DNA of 64,000 nt. It comes from Geobacteraceae bacterium (GTDB lineage: Bacteria; Desulfobacterota; Desulfuromonadia; Geobacterales; Pseudopelobacteraceae). This document shows, in pieces, positions 26,377 to 35,270 of this stretch (its first letter is position 1; every line of letters begins with the position of its first letter). The position numbers were made by a program, and so were the translations under genes. A model generated the notes under the pieces. It saw nothing but the letters and a program-made list of their open reading frames with translations, made no database searches and was not told where the DNA came from. The stretch spans positions 2,606-66,605 of the forward strand of contig JAYTVV010000020.1 of NCBI GenBank assembly GCA_043743795.1. The letters are read 5' to 3'.

Positions 26377-26691
26377 TCAATTCGGGTTGTGCCCGCGCTG
26401 AATCGCTTCGAGCGGATACCTCTCAAACAATTCTTCAAGAAGAGCGCTTGCGGCTGCTTGCCATTTTTCGGCATTAATAGGGTCGCCGGCCTTGGTCAAT
26501 ATCTCGACACGTTTGCTTGCGTTGTCATATGCGGCGGTCAAAGTATTTGGGGTGTACACGGGCGGACAGGAACCGAAGAGGTTGTCAAGGATGATTGCCC
26601 GTGCGTCTTCTGGATCTGGTGTGCACATGGCGATTATGGCATTAAGCGCTGCTGTGGCTGTGTCGATGGTTTGTATGAGTTTCTTTTTCAT
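26377..26691 (-). CDS. Hypothetical protein (104 aa)
   Basis: ORF 26377..26844 trimmed to MKKKLIQTID (ATG 26691, AGGAG RBS). Confidence 0.55.
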   Translation of the reverse strand: MKKKLIQTIDTATAALNAIIAMCTPDPEDARAIILDNLFGSCPPVYTPNTLTAAYDNASKRVEILTKAGDPINAEKWQAAASALLEELFERYPLEAIQRGHNPN

Positions 26692-26707
26692 GGTGTCGCT
26701 CCTTTCG

Positions 26708-26974
26708 TTATGCGGCCTGTTGTGCCGATGTGTGTTGGTACTCCGTCTTACCAGTGATCCATGACTGTACGCTTGAGAACCGGTATCTGACTGATTTTGA
26801 AATTTTGATAAATGGTGGCGCGTCTGTGCCGTAAATACGGGCACGGTTCAGGGTGGCTACGGCAAGCCCCGTGATTTCTGAAACCTGCTTGACATTGAGC
26901 AGGCGGTCGCCAGAGGCCGGATCGGGCGGCGGTGTTGGCTTTGTTACATTTTCAAGATTGTGGGGCTTGGGCAT
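26708..26974 (-). CDS. AlpA/excisionase-type HTH protein
   Basis: 88 aa. LLNVKQVSEITGLAVATLNRARIYG...PFIKISKSVRYRFSSVQSWI resembles the AlpA/Xis MerR-like HTH. AGGAG RBS. Confidence 0.7.
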   Translation of the reverse strand: MPKPHNLENVTKPTPPPDPASGDRLLNVKQVSEITGLAVATLNRARIYGTDAPPFIKISKSVRYRFSSVQSWITGKTEYQHTSAQQAA

Positions 26975-27000
26975 GTGGGCTCCTTTCGTATTGCCGAACT

Positions 27001-27053
27001 ATTATTATACAAGTGTATTGTATTGCTGTTATTATTATACAGTTGTATTGTAT
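27001..27053. promoter_or_regulatory. Two 23-bp direct repeats in the divergent AlpA/XRE intergenic region (operator candidates)
   Basis: attattatacaagtgtattgtat (27001) and attattatacagttgtattgtat (27031), 30-bp centre-to-centre. Confidence 0.5.
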
Positions 27054-27081
27054 GTCAACAATATTTTTCAGGAGGTCTAAT

Positions 27082-27765
27082 GTGGGGGCAACTTACCCAA
27101 GAATTATTGAACTGCTAAAAGAAGAATTTGAAGTAAAAGCTACTTCTAAGTATACGTTTTGTAAGAAGACTGGGATAAATCCAACAAGTGTAGAGAGATA
27201 CCTGTGTGGAATTTCTGAACCTAATCAAGCCTCGCTGAAAAAACTTGCTGATTATTTCGAGGTGTCGGTTGCGTACCTGCGGGGTGAATTGCCTGTTCCG
27301 GCAATGCTGGTAGGCTGGATTAATGAAGCTATTGAAAAACTCGGTATTGATAAACTTTCTGAAGCAACCGGTGTATTGCCTGAAAGCCTTCAAGCATATT
27401 CTGATTGTGAACGTATGCCGACAGAATCAGACTTTGTTAAGTTATCAGTATATTTTAAGGAACCGGTTAATAACTTAAGGGGCGGGATTAATAAGCTGTA
27501 TATGAAAAATGAATCATCGAATGATGAGCTATTGGCTTTTGAAGGCTTAGTATCTGCATGTGGTGGTGTTTTTAGATCGGTTTTATCAGAGCAACCTGAG
27601 ATGTCATCCGAGGTATTAGAATCTTTACTTAATATTGCTACTTTTGTTCGCGAGGCGCGCACAAATAGTCAACGTAGAAATAATAAACTTGATGAAATTA
27701 GGGGAAGTGCCGAGGAGTTAATAAAGAAATATGGGGCTTTGGTGAATCAAAAAAATTTTAATTGA
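27082..27765 (+). CDS. XRE-family regulator with two HTH-like modules (repressor candidate)
   Basis: ORF 26932..27765 trimmed to GTG 27082 (AGGAGG 6 nt upstream). KYTFCKKTGINPTSVERYLCGISEPNQASLKKLADYFEVSVAYLRGE is a typical XRE HTH. Confidence 0.7.
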   Translation: MGATYPRIIELLKEEFEVKATSKYTFCKKTGINPTSVERYLCGISEPNQASLKKLADYFEVSVAYLRGELPVPAMLVGWINEAIEKLGIDKLSEATGVLPESLQAYSDCERMPTESDFVKLSVYFKEPVNNLRGGINKLYMKNESSNDELLAFEGLVSACGGVFRSVLSEQPEMSSEVLESLLNIATFVREARTNSQRRNNKLDEIRGSAEELIKKYGALVNQKNFN

Positions 27766-27799
27766 ACCATTCGTCGTAATTATGACGGATAGTAGTGAA

Positions 27800-27832
27800 A
27801 AAAAGGCGGCTTGGTGCAGGTCGCCTTTTTGT
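27800..27832. terminator. Bidirectional terminator between convergent XRE and antitoxin genes
   Basis: aaaaaggcg-(13 nt)-cgccttttt. Confidence 0.6.
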
Positions 27833-27921
27833 TTCTAGTTTTGTCGATATTATCAATCACCCGTGCCATAAAGATAGTTTCAAAGTGATAGTTTTGATGG
27901 CGGGCGGAGCCCCTGCAACCC

Positions 27922-28251
27922 TTACGCCGCCGCAACCATCAGATGCGCTTGTTGTCTGGAACGCGGTTTGGCTTTCACAACGATCTGCACGTCTCTCCCG
28001 AGTGCATTAAGAAAATGGAACAACCGTTCCATAGAAAAGCCTTTTAGTCTCCCTCTGATTAATGCTGAAACCTTAGGTTGATCTATTCCTAGCAATTCCG
28101 CTGCTTGTGCCTGAGACAGTCTGCGACTTTTTATAATTCCTTGGATCTGGATAGCCAATTCTGCTTTTGCCAACATCTCTTCAGCATCAGGCAAACCCAT
28201 ATCCGCAAATACATTGCCGCAACTTGGATAAGATTCAATTTCTTCGCTCAT
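27922..28251 (-). CDS. HigA-like XRE antitoxin
   Basis: 109 aa. NVFADMGLPDAEEML..LSQAQAAELLGIDQPKVSALIRGRLKGFSMERL pattern. Lies 2 nt after the toxin gene. Confidence 0.75.
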   Translation of the reverse strand: MSEEIESYPSCGNVFADMGLPDAEEMLAKAELAIQIQGIIKSRRLSQAQAAELLGIDQPKVSALIRGRLKGFSMERLFHFLNALGRDVQIVVKAKPRSRQQAHLMVAAA

Positions 28252-28253
28252 GT

Positions 28254-28625
28254 TTACTTTCTCCCTCTGTGCTGATGCATCTCTTCGGCCATTTTCAAAC
28301 GAACCTTGATCTTGTCTATCTCTGCCTGCGGGGTAGCGATTCCTGCTTTTGATTTCTTCTGGAATACGTGCAAAACATAGAGTGCATCCACAAAGCGAAC
28401 AGTATAAATGGCACGGTATGCATTACCGTCATAATCCTCTACGACCTCAAGTACTCCAGAACCCCCAAAACCTTTAAGCGGCTTTGCATCAACATGTTTA
28501 CCGCCAGTCTGCGCAATGTAAAGGGCAACCCCGAAAACCCGCCGAACATCCTCCGGCATTTCTTTCATGTCCTTGCGGCTGCTACTGATCCATTCCAGGG
28601 GCTTAAGTTTTGACAGTTTGTTCAT
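28254..28625 (-). CDS. HigB/RelE-superfamily toxin (Gp49/DUF891-like)
   Basis: 123 aa. AIYTVRFVDALYVLHVFQKKSKAGIATPQAEIDKIKVRL is typical of this family. Toxin-first order. Confidence 0.7.
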   Translation of the reverse strand: MNKLSKLKPLEWISSSRKDMKEMPEDVRRVFGVALYIAQTGGKHVDAKPLKGFGGSGVLEVVEDYDGNAYRAIYTVRFVDALYVLHVFQKKSKAGIATPQAEIDKIKVRLKMAEEMHQHRGRK

Positions 28626-28710
28626 GGTAACTCCATTATGCCATTTTTAGCATAAACAACAAGTATAAAAAGTGAGCTCGGTGCATAGTCAGCATGATGT
28701 CACCGCCAGT

Positions 28711-29973
28711 TTATGCCGCCTGTTGTCCCTGATCTTCAACCGGCTTAGCCGTCGCCATCTCCATAATTCTGTCAACAACTCGCTGCATCGGTTCCCGCAA
28801 GCGCTCCGTGTTCATTATGATATATCCACCGGTAACATCACTCCCGGCGCTACGGCTATCCCCGTCCTTATCTACTCCCATGCTGTGATTCAGTAGCGCC
28901 TTCAGCGTGTAGTGTCCAATATCCAAAGATTCAGCAATCGTTATAAAAGTCCGGCGGAGATCGTGAAAGCAGAACTGTACCCCGCTGGCCTGGATTATGT
29001 CACGCTTGTAGTTGTCTGGGTTGGACAGGTGAGGTGATGGGTATTTGCCAGGGAATATGTATTCATTTTCCCAACCTATTGCTTTGCGCTTCAATAGCAG
29101 TTGGTGGAGCTGCTTTGACAGCGGCATGGTTACACGGTCATCTTCGGGCTTCTCCCCCTTTTTCTTTTCCGGAATGAAAGTAAATGTTTTTGCCTTGAAA
29201 TCAATATCTGACCACTTCAGCATCGCCGCCTCGCTACGTCTCAGCCCGGTATAACATAAGGTTAAAATATAATCCCTGCCCTTGTGGTTGTAATACTCTG
29301 TAACAGCCTTGTACCACGCCGGAAAGTCTGCGGCCTTGATCATGGTCATTCGCCGCTTACGTGGTGTCCAGTCCCGCCCCCTGATCTCTCTTACAGCGTC
29401 GACGGGGTTGAATGTGATTATTTTATGATGCAATGCGATACCAAAACGGAACAGGCCACGCAGCAGCTTTATTGAATTGGCAGCTTGTACCTTTCCGTTT
29501 TCCTTCTCCATATCAGCCAGGCGATTGATTACCATTATGGCAGTGATTGTGTCAGCCGGTAGTTGTAGCCAATCTTTGAAGTGGTTATTCATCCAAGATT
29601 CATATTGGTATGTGGTCGACTTTGCCAGAGGCGTTTTGCGGCTGCTTATATATTGACTGTACAGGTCTTTTAAGGTTATTTTATCAATTTTTATGGCCTT
29701 TTTAGGGTCAGGGTTTTCACCGTGCTCCATCTGGCGGATGTAATCCTTAGCAACCGTGCGGGCCTGCTCGGGGGAAAATTCCCCGTAACGGCCAATCTTG
29801 ATAAAGGTCTTGTTCTTTTCACCGCGTATCCGCCGATGCACCATAAAAGTCAGGCTGTCTTTTGTGGCCCGTGCCCCGAATCCTGATAGTTCTGTATCCC
29901 AGTAATCAACCTGGCCGGAAACAACAGGTTCAATTTTCCCCATGTTGTTTTTGGTGATTTTCAATTTTGGCAT
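28711..29973 (-). CDS. int: Tyrosine integrase (P4-like, DUF4102-type N-terminus)
   Basis: ORF 28711..30021 trimmed to MPKLKITKNNMG (ATG 29973). Has catalytic-region motifs (TGLRRSE, FHDLRRTF, LLNHS, GGYI). Confidence 0.9.
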   Translation of the reverse strand: MPKLKITKNNMGKIEPVVSGQVDYWDTELSGFGARATKDSLTFMVHRRIRGEKNKTFIKIGRYGEFSPEQARTVAKDYIRQMEHGENPDPKKAIKIDKITLKDLYSQYISSRKTPLAKSTTYQYESWMNNHFKDWLQLPADTITAIMVINRLADMEKENGKVQAANSIKLLRGLFRFGIALHHKIITFNPVDAVREIRGRDWTPRKRRMTMIKAADFPAWYKAVTEYYNHKGRDYILTLCYTGLRRSEAAMLKWSDIDFKAKTFTFIPEKKKGEKPEDDRVTMPLSKQLHQLLLKRKAIGWENEYIFPGKYPSPHLSNPDNYKRDIIQASGVQFCFHDLRRTFITIAESLDIGHYTLKALLNHSMGVDKDGDSRSAGSDVTGGYIIMNTERLREPMQRVVDRIMEMATAKPVEDQGQQAA

Positions 29974-30014
29974 AGTGCCCCCGTAGTGACCAACAAAGTA
30001 ACCATATAGTGACC
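29973..30014 (+). promoter_or_regulatory. Four phased TAGTG(A/C)CC-type repeats (candidate arm-type sites, right arm)
   Basis: tagtgccc 29973, tagtgacc 29984, aagtaacc 29996, tagtgacc 30007. Spacing 11-12 bp. Overlaps the int start and promoter region. Confidence 0.45.
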
Positions 30015-30096
30015 AGCACAATGAAATTATAGGGATACATTAACATACATGAGTAACCGTACACAACTGATATATAACGCTTTAGCTATCATCATC

Positions 30097-30139
30097 ACAC
30101 TATGAAAATAAAACGTCTCGAATTATCAGGGTTCAAATC
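30097..30139 (+). repeat. Right direct repeat (att) overlapping the functional smc start
   Basis: Matches 13333-13372. Contains smc ATG 30102. Confidence 0.85.
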
Positions 30140-33100
30140 CTTTGCAGACAAAGTTGTTCTTGACTTTCAGCAGGGGGTGACCGGCGTGGTCGGCCCGAAT
30201 GGCTGCGGCAAGTCCAACATCGTCGATGCTATCCGCTGGTGCATGGGGGAGCAATCCGCCAAAAACCTGCGCGGTAAGGCAATGGAGGATGTTATTTTTG
30301 TCGGCAGCGACACCAGAAAACCCTTGGGAGTCGCAGAGGTTTCGCTGGTATTCTCCACCGAAGATGGCCGTGCGCCCACCAAGTATCTTGATTATGCCGA
30401 AATCCAGCTCACCCGCCGCCTCTACCGCGACGGTGAGAGCGATTATCTGATTAACAAAACCCCCTGCCGCCTGCTGGATATAACTGAACTTTTTATGGAT
30501 ACCGGTGTCGGCACCCGTGCTTATTCGATCATCGAACAGGGGAAGATCGGCCAGATTCTCCATTCACGCCCGGAGGAACGTCGTTTTTTGATCGAAGAGG
30601 CGGCCGGAGTTACCAAATTCAAGTCACGCAAACAGCTTGCTCTCAAAAAGATCGAGGGGACCCGTCAGAATCTGGCCCGACTGGCGGACGTACTGGGCGA
30701 AATCCGCCGACAGCTGGCATCATTGCAGCGTCAGGCAAAAAAAGCCGAGAAATTCCGCGAGTACCGTGATGAACTGCGTGACATCGAACTGCTCTTTACT
30801 GCGCGGGAGTATTGTGAAACCCGGCGCCAACGGGAAGCGGCAGAGCAGGAACTTTCGGCACTCAACGAGCATATTCGTGACATATTTTCCGCATCTGCAC
30901 TGGGCGAATCACAGGCCGAAGAGGCTCGGGTGACACTCCTGGAGGCTGAAAAGCAGCTGACAGCTGCCCAGGAGGAAATTTTTCGGGTCAGAAGCGATTT
31001 CAGCACAACCGGGAATGGCCTGGAGTTTCAACGCAAGGAATTGGCGGGGCTGGATGGCAGACTGATGCGGCTTGCAGCCGAAGCAGCGGAGCTTGATACC
31101 CGCCTGAAAGAGTGCAGTGAACAGCGGGGAGTAATTGAGCTTCGTCGTGACACTGGTGCGGTTGATGCAGCCGGAATACAGGCAGAGCTGGAACAGTCCG
31201 AAGAGACACTTGCCGGCCATCAGCGTGCCGAAGAGGCGCTGAACCTTGATCTGGAGAATCGCCGCCGTGAGCTGTTTACCGCTCTGGCTGAAACAGCTCA
31301 GTTCAAGAGCCGCTTTGATACCGCCCAAAAACGCACGACCGCCCTCCGCGAACGGCTCGATCGTCATACCCGCGAAGCACTGCAGCTGGGTGAACGCCGT
31401 GAACAGCTGCGTCAGCGGGCCGACGCCCTGGAGAAAGAAATCACAACGGCACAGCGGGAGCAGGAAACAGTACGAACACACATCGCGGCTCTGCGTGGCC
31501 ACGAGGACGACGTGAAACGCCGCCTCCCCGATATTGAAAAAGGGTGGCAGTCGAGCCGGGACGAATTGAATCGCAGTTCCTCGCGACTTCATTCACTTAA
31601 AGAACTGGAAGCTCAGTTTGCCGGGTTCGGCCAAGGCGTGCGCACACTCATGAAGGATGCGAGGCACGGTGCCCGTTTCAGCGGTGTGTTGGCCGACGCC
31701 ATTCAAGCGCCTCCAGAATTGGAACCTGCGCTGGAGTCGGCTTTGGCGGAACGCCTGCAATGCATCCTCTGCTCTGACGACCGGGACGCTTTTGGGGCAT
31801 TGGAGTTCTTGAAAACAAACAAGGGCGGACGGGCGGGAATTGCTCTGCCGCTGGAGCTCGCATCGGTCGCCCCGCAGAAGGTGTCCGGCGCCACTGCGCT
31901 GGCAGAGCAGATACAGGCAGACGGGCCGTATTCCGGCTTGATTATGAATCTGCTGGCCACCGTTATGCTGGTTGACAGCATCACACAGGCGCTCGAATTG
32001 GCCCGGCAGCATCCCGGATTGGTCTTTGTCACCCGTTCCGGCGATATGGTTGCACAGGGCGGAATTATCAGCGGCGGCTCAGGTGAGCAGGTGGGCAACG
32101 GGTTGATCCACAAGAAGCGCGAGATCAGAGAACTTGAACGGGTTGTGGCCCGACTGGAGGAAGAGACCGCATCACTCGGCAAGCAGCGTGATGATCTGCG
32201 ACGCCAGAGCCAGGAAGTGGCAGAGGGACTGAGAAGCAGCGGAACGCAATTGCATCAGACGGAACTCAAGCTGACCGGAATGATCAAGGATCGCCAGCAG
32301 GCGCTGGATGAAAACGCCCGTATCGATGAACGCATGGAAGTCCAGACAGTGGAAGCCGAAACTCTGATTGAGGAACGGTCCGCCCTGGAAGGTGAAGTAC
32401 GGCTGGCGGAGGAACGAATGGTTCAGACCGGCGAGGCTTCGAAAGGGCTGGAACAGGAGACAGCCCGTTTGAAAAGCGCACTCGATGCCCGCCGTACGGA
32501 GCTTGCGATTGTCCGCGAAAAAGTGACCACCATCCGGGTGCAGACGGCAACCATCAGGGAGCAGCATGACGCCGGCATCCGCGCTCTGGCAGACCTGGAG
32601 CAACGCACGGAAGAGATCGTGCGGCGCATGGCAGCGGACCGACAGGAAATTGAAGCCGGCGAAGCCGCCAGGCTGAAGCTTCAGACGGAGATTACCGCCG
32701 CCACCGGGCGACTGGAAGGGCTCATCGGGGAACAGGTAGAGTCAGAAGGGCGACTGGCCACGATACGGGGGCGGTTTGAGGAGGCGGGCACGGCACTGAA
32801 TCTGATCGAAGCGCACCTTAAAAAAACCCGGGAAGAAGGTGACGCCGCCAGACAATCACAGGCTGATCTGAACCTCCGTTTTTCGACGCTGACCATGCAG
32901 GGTGAACATCTTGAGCAGGCGTTGCAGGAGCGGAGTCGCATCGCCATGTCGGAGGCGGTGGCACGGCTGGAATCAACCGAGTTTGATGAAGCGGCGCGCC
33001 GTATCCGGCAGGTAGAACTGCAGCGGCTTCTGGACGAAATGGGTGAAGTCAACCTGATGGCAATCGAGGAGTGTGCCGGAATGGAGGAACGCTTCACGTT

Positions 33101-33632
33101 TCTGACCAGCCAGAAAGACGATCTGGAGGAATCACTGCGGGGTTTGCAGCAGGCCATTCAACGCATTAACCGCACCACACGCCAACGGTTTCTGGAGACG
33201 TATAATCTGATCAATGCCAAATTCCAGGAAGTCTTTCCGCGCCTGTTTTGCGGCGGACGTGCGGAGCTTCGCCTGACCGACGAAGAAGATCTGCTGGAAA
33301 CCGGCATTGACATCATCGTGCAGCCGCCCGGCAAGAAGTTGCAGAATGTAACGCTGCTTTCCGGCGGCGAGAAGGCGTTGACCGCCGTTGCACTGATATT
33401 TTCGATCTTTTTAATCAAGCCGACCCCCTTCTGCCTGCTTGATGAGGTCGATGCACCTCTGGACGACGCCAATATCGGCCGTTTCAACGAAATGGTCAGG
33501 GAAATGAGCGCAATTTCGCAATTCATCATCATCACCCACAATAAGGCCACCATGCAGGTAGCCGACACCCTCTACGGCATCACCATGGAGGAACCGGGAG
33601 CGTCGCGGGTTGTTTCAGTGCGGCTTCATTAG
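30102..33632 (+). CDS. smc: Chromosome partition protein SMC
   Basis: 1176 aa. MKIKRLELSGFKSF..GPNGCGKSN head, long coiled coils, hinge, C-terminal LSGGEKALTA..LLDEVDAPLD. Confidence 0.95.
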   Translation: MKIKRLELSGFKSFADKVVLDFQQGVTGVVGPNGCGKSNIVDAIRWCMGEQSAKNLRGKAMEDVIFVGSDTRKPLGVAEVSLVFSTEDGRAPTKYLDYAEIQLTRRLYRDGESDYLINKTPCRLLDITELFMDTGVGTRAYSIIEQGKIGQILHSRPEERRFLIEEAAGVTKFKSRKQLALKKIEGTRQNLARLADVLGEIRRQLASLQRQAKKAEKFREYRDELRDIELLFTAREYCETRRQREAAEQELSALNEHIRDIFSASALGESQAEEARVTLLEAEKQLTAAQEEIFRVRSDFSTTGNGLEFQRKELAGLDGRLMRLAAEAAELDTRLKECSEQRGVIELRRDTGAVDAAGIQAELEQSEETLAGHQRAEEALNLDLENRRRELFTALAETAQFKSRFDTAQKRTTALRERLDRHTREALQLGERREQLRQRADALEKEITTAQREQETVRTHIAALRGHEDDVKRRLPDIEKGWQSSRDELNRSSSRLHSLKELEAQFAGFGQGVRTLMKDARHGARFSGVLADAIQAPPELEPALESALAERLQCILCSDDRDAFGALEFLKTNKGGRAGIALPLELASVAPQKVSGATALAEQIQADGPYSGLIMNLLATVMLVDSITQALELARQHPGLVFVTRSGDMVAQGGIISGGSGEQVGNGLIHKKREIRELERVVARLEEETASLGKQRDDLRRQSQEVAEGLRSSGTQLHQTELKLTGMIKDRQQALDENARIDERMEVQTVEAETLIEERSALEGEVRLAEERMVQTGEASKGLEQETARLKSALDARRTELAIVREKVTTIRVQTATIREQHDAGIRALADLEQRTEEIVRRMAADRQEIEAGEAARLKLQTEITAATGRLEGLIGEQVESEGRLATIRGRFEEAGTALNLIEAHLKKTREEGDAARQSQADLNLRFSTLTMQGEHLEQALQERSRIAMSEAVARLESTEFDEAARRIRQVELQRLLDEMGEVNLMAIEECAGMEERFTFLTSQKDDLEESLRGLQQAIQRINRTTRQRFLETYNLINAKFQEVFPRLFCGGRAELRLTDEEDLLETGIDIIVQPPGKKLQNVTLLSGGEKALTAVALIFSIFLIKPTPFCLLDEVDAPLDDANIGRFNEMVREMSAISQFIIITHNKATMQVADTLYGITMEEPGASRVVSVRLH

Positions 33633-33728
33633 TACGAGAGAAAGAGTGTTCTGCCACACGCAGGGAGAACATAAATTTCGCACACACACGTTTCCTTTAT
33701 TCAGGGCCAGTTTTCTCAAGGAGCCAGC

Positions 33729-34085
33729 ATGTCATTCGAAGTGATATTGAAAGAACTTGTGGAGCAGGTGCCGTACTCTATCGGCGCGATCCTGGTGGAT
33801 TGGGAGGGTGAGGCGGTCATGGAACACTGTCACTGTGATCCGTATGAAATCCGCTTCATTGCTGCTCACAAGGGGATTATCCTGTCGCGCCTCAAGGAGA
33901 TGCAGAGTGCCGCACAAATTGGCGGGGTGGAGGACGTCGTTGTCACCTCCGACAAGGGGCATTTGATCATCGGCTGCATCAATGAGGATTATTCCCTTGT
34001 TATGAATATTGAACGCAACTGCCCGGTGGCACTGGCGCTGTACCACTTCCGTCGGGCAATTACCGAACTGAAAAGGGAGATCTGA
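33729..34085 (+). CDS. Roadblock/LC7 (MglB-like) domain protein
   Basis: 118 aa. Size and pattern resemble Roadblock/LC7 proteins. Stop overlaps the ftsY start. Confidence 0.5.
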   Translation: MSFEVILKELVEQVPYSIGAILVDWEGEAVMEHCHCDPYEIRFIAAHKGIILSRLKEMQSAAQIGGVEDVVVTSDKGHLIIGCINEDYSLVMNIERNCPVALALYHFRRAITELKREI

Positions 34086-35152
34086 TGGAACCACAGGAGA
34101 AAAAAGGCTTTTTCCGGGGGCTGTTTGACAAGATTTCCGGTGTTGAAACGGGAGAAACACTGCCGGAAGCGCGAGAAACAGTGCCCGAAGAATCTGTCTC
34201 TGACCATATGCCTGCCGTGCAGGAAACGACCACCAAGCCAAGTTTTTTTGAACGGCTCAAATCCGGGCTTAAGAAGACCAAGGATGGACTGGTGGGACGC
34301 ATCGATGCTCTGGTGCTGGGCAAAAAGACCATCGATGCTGATACGCTGGAGGAACTGGAAGAAATCCTGATTACCTCAGATATCGGCGTTAAAACCACGG
34401 TGGAACTGATACGCACCCTTGAACAGCGTCTGGGGCGCAACGAACTCAAAGATGGCGAGGCACTGCGGACAGCATTAAAAGATGAGATTCTCGCCCGACT
34501 GACCGCCCACCATCGTCCGCTGAATCCCAGCAGCCAGAAACTGTTTGTACTGCTGGTGATCGGCGTTAACGGCGTCGGCAAGACAACAACCATCGGTAAA
34601 CTGGCATCACGCTTCTCGGCATCAGGCAGCAAAGTGCTGCTTGCAGCTGCCGACACGTTCCGGGCGGCCGCCGCCGAACAGCTGATCGCCTGGGGAGCAC
34701 GCTCCGGCGTAGATGTCATTCGGCATAAAGAGGGGGCCGACCCGTCCGCAGTTGTGTTTGACGCCTGTAAAGCGGCTGTTGCACGCGGCGTTGATATATT
34801 GATCATTGATACCGCCGGCCGTCTGCATACCAAGGTCAACTTGCTGGAGGAGATGAAAAAAATCCGCCGGGTTATTGACCGTGAAATTCCCGGCGCACCC
34901 CACGAAACATTGTTGGTTCTTGATGCCGCTACCGGGCAGAATGCGGTTTCCCAGGCCCGGATATTCAAGGAAGCCGCCGGCGTTACCGGCCTGGCCCTGA
35001 CAAAACTGGATGGCACCGCAAAAGGCGGCATTGTTGTCGCCGTCAGCCATGAATTTGCCCTGCCGATCCGCTATATCGGCGTCGGTGAATCAATCGATGA
35101 TCTACGCGACTTTGATCCGCAGGAGTTCACGGATGCTCTTTTCCAGGCCTGA
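34085..35152 (+). CDS. ftsY: Signal recognition particle receptor FtsY
   Basis: 355 aa. GVNGVGKTTTIGKLA, DTAGRL, TKLDGTAKGG motifs. Confidence 0.95.
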   Translation: MEPQEKKGFFRGLFDKISGVETGETLPEARETVPEESVSDHMPAVQETTTKPSFFERLKSGLKKTKDGLVGRIDALVLGKKTIDADTLEELEEILITSDIGVKTTVELIRTLEQRLGRNELKDGEALRTALKDEILARLTAHHRPLNPSSQKLFVLLVIGVNGVGKTTTIGKLASRFSASGSKVLLAAADTFRAAAAEQLIAWGARSGVDVIRHKEGADPSAVVFDACKAAVARGVDILIIDTAGRLHTKVNLLEEMKKIRRVIDREIPGAPHETLLVLDAATGQNAVSQARIFKEAAGVTGLALTKLDGTAKGGIVVAVSHEFALPIRYIGVGESIDDLRDFDPQEFTDALFQA

Positions 35153-35214
35153 TAAATCACACCGTAAAGCGGGGAAGGCCGCCCCGGAACTCTGCGATTT
35201 TAATCAACTAGGGC

Positions 35215-35243
35215 TTGACTTTGTGCCTCCCCCTTCGTATAGT
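35215..35243 (+). promoter_or_regulatory. Sigma70-type promoter upstream of zapB-like gene
   Basis: TTGACT, 17-bp spacer, TATAGT. Confidence 0.6.
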
Positions 35244-35270
35244 ACACAACCTCGAAAGGAAACGGAACTC

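Larger units (their letters stand above)
13333..30139. mobile_element. ~16.8-kb integrative element inserted in the 5' end of smc
   Basis: Bounded by the 40/43-bp direct repeats. The intact integrase abuts the right repeat. Carries replication, regulation and TA modules plus an ORFan operon. Phased TAGTGACC arm repeats sit inside both ends. Confidence 0.8.

Noticed and set aside
34060-35031. 323-aa minus-strand ORF
   Set aside because: It lies fully antisense to ftsY, whose GTPase motifs are unambiguous, and has shadow-frame composition.
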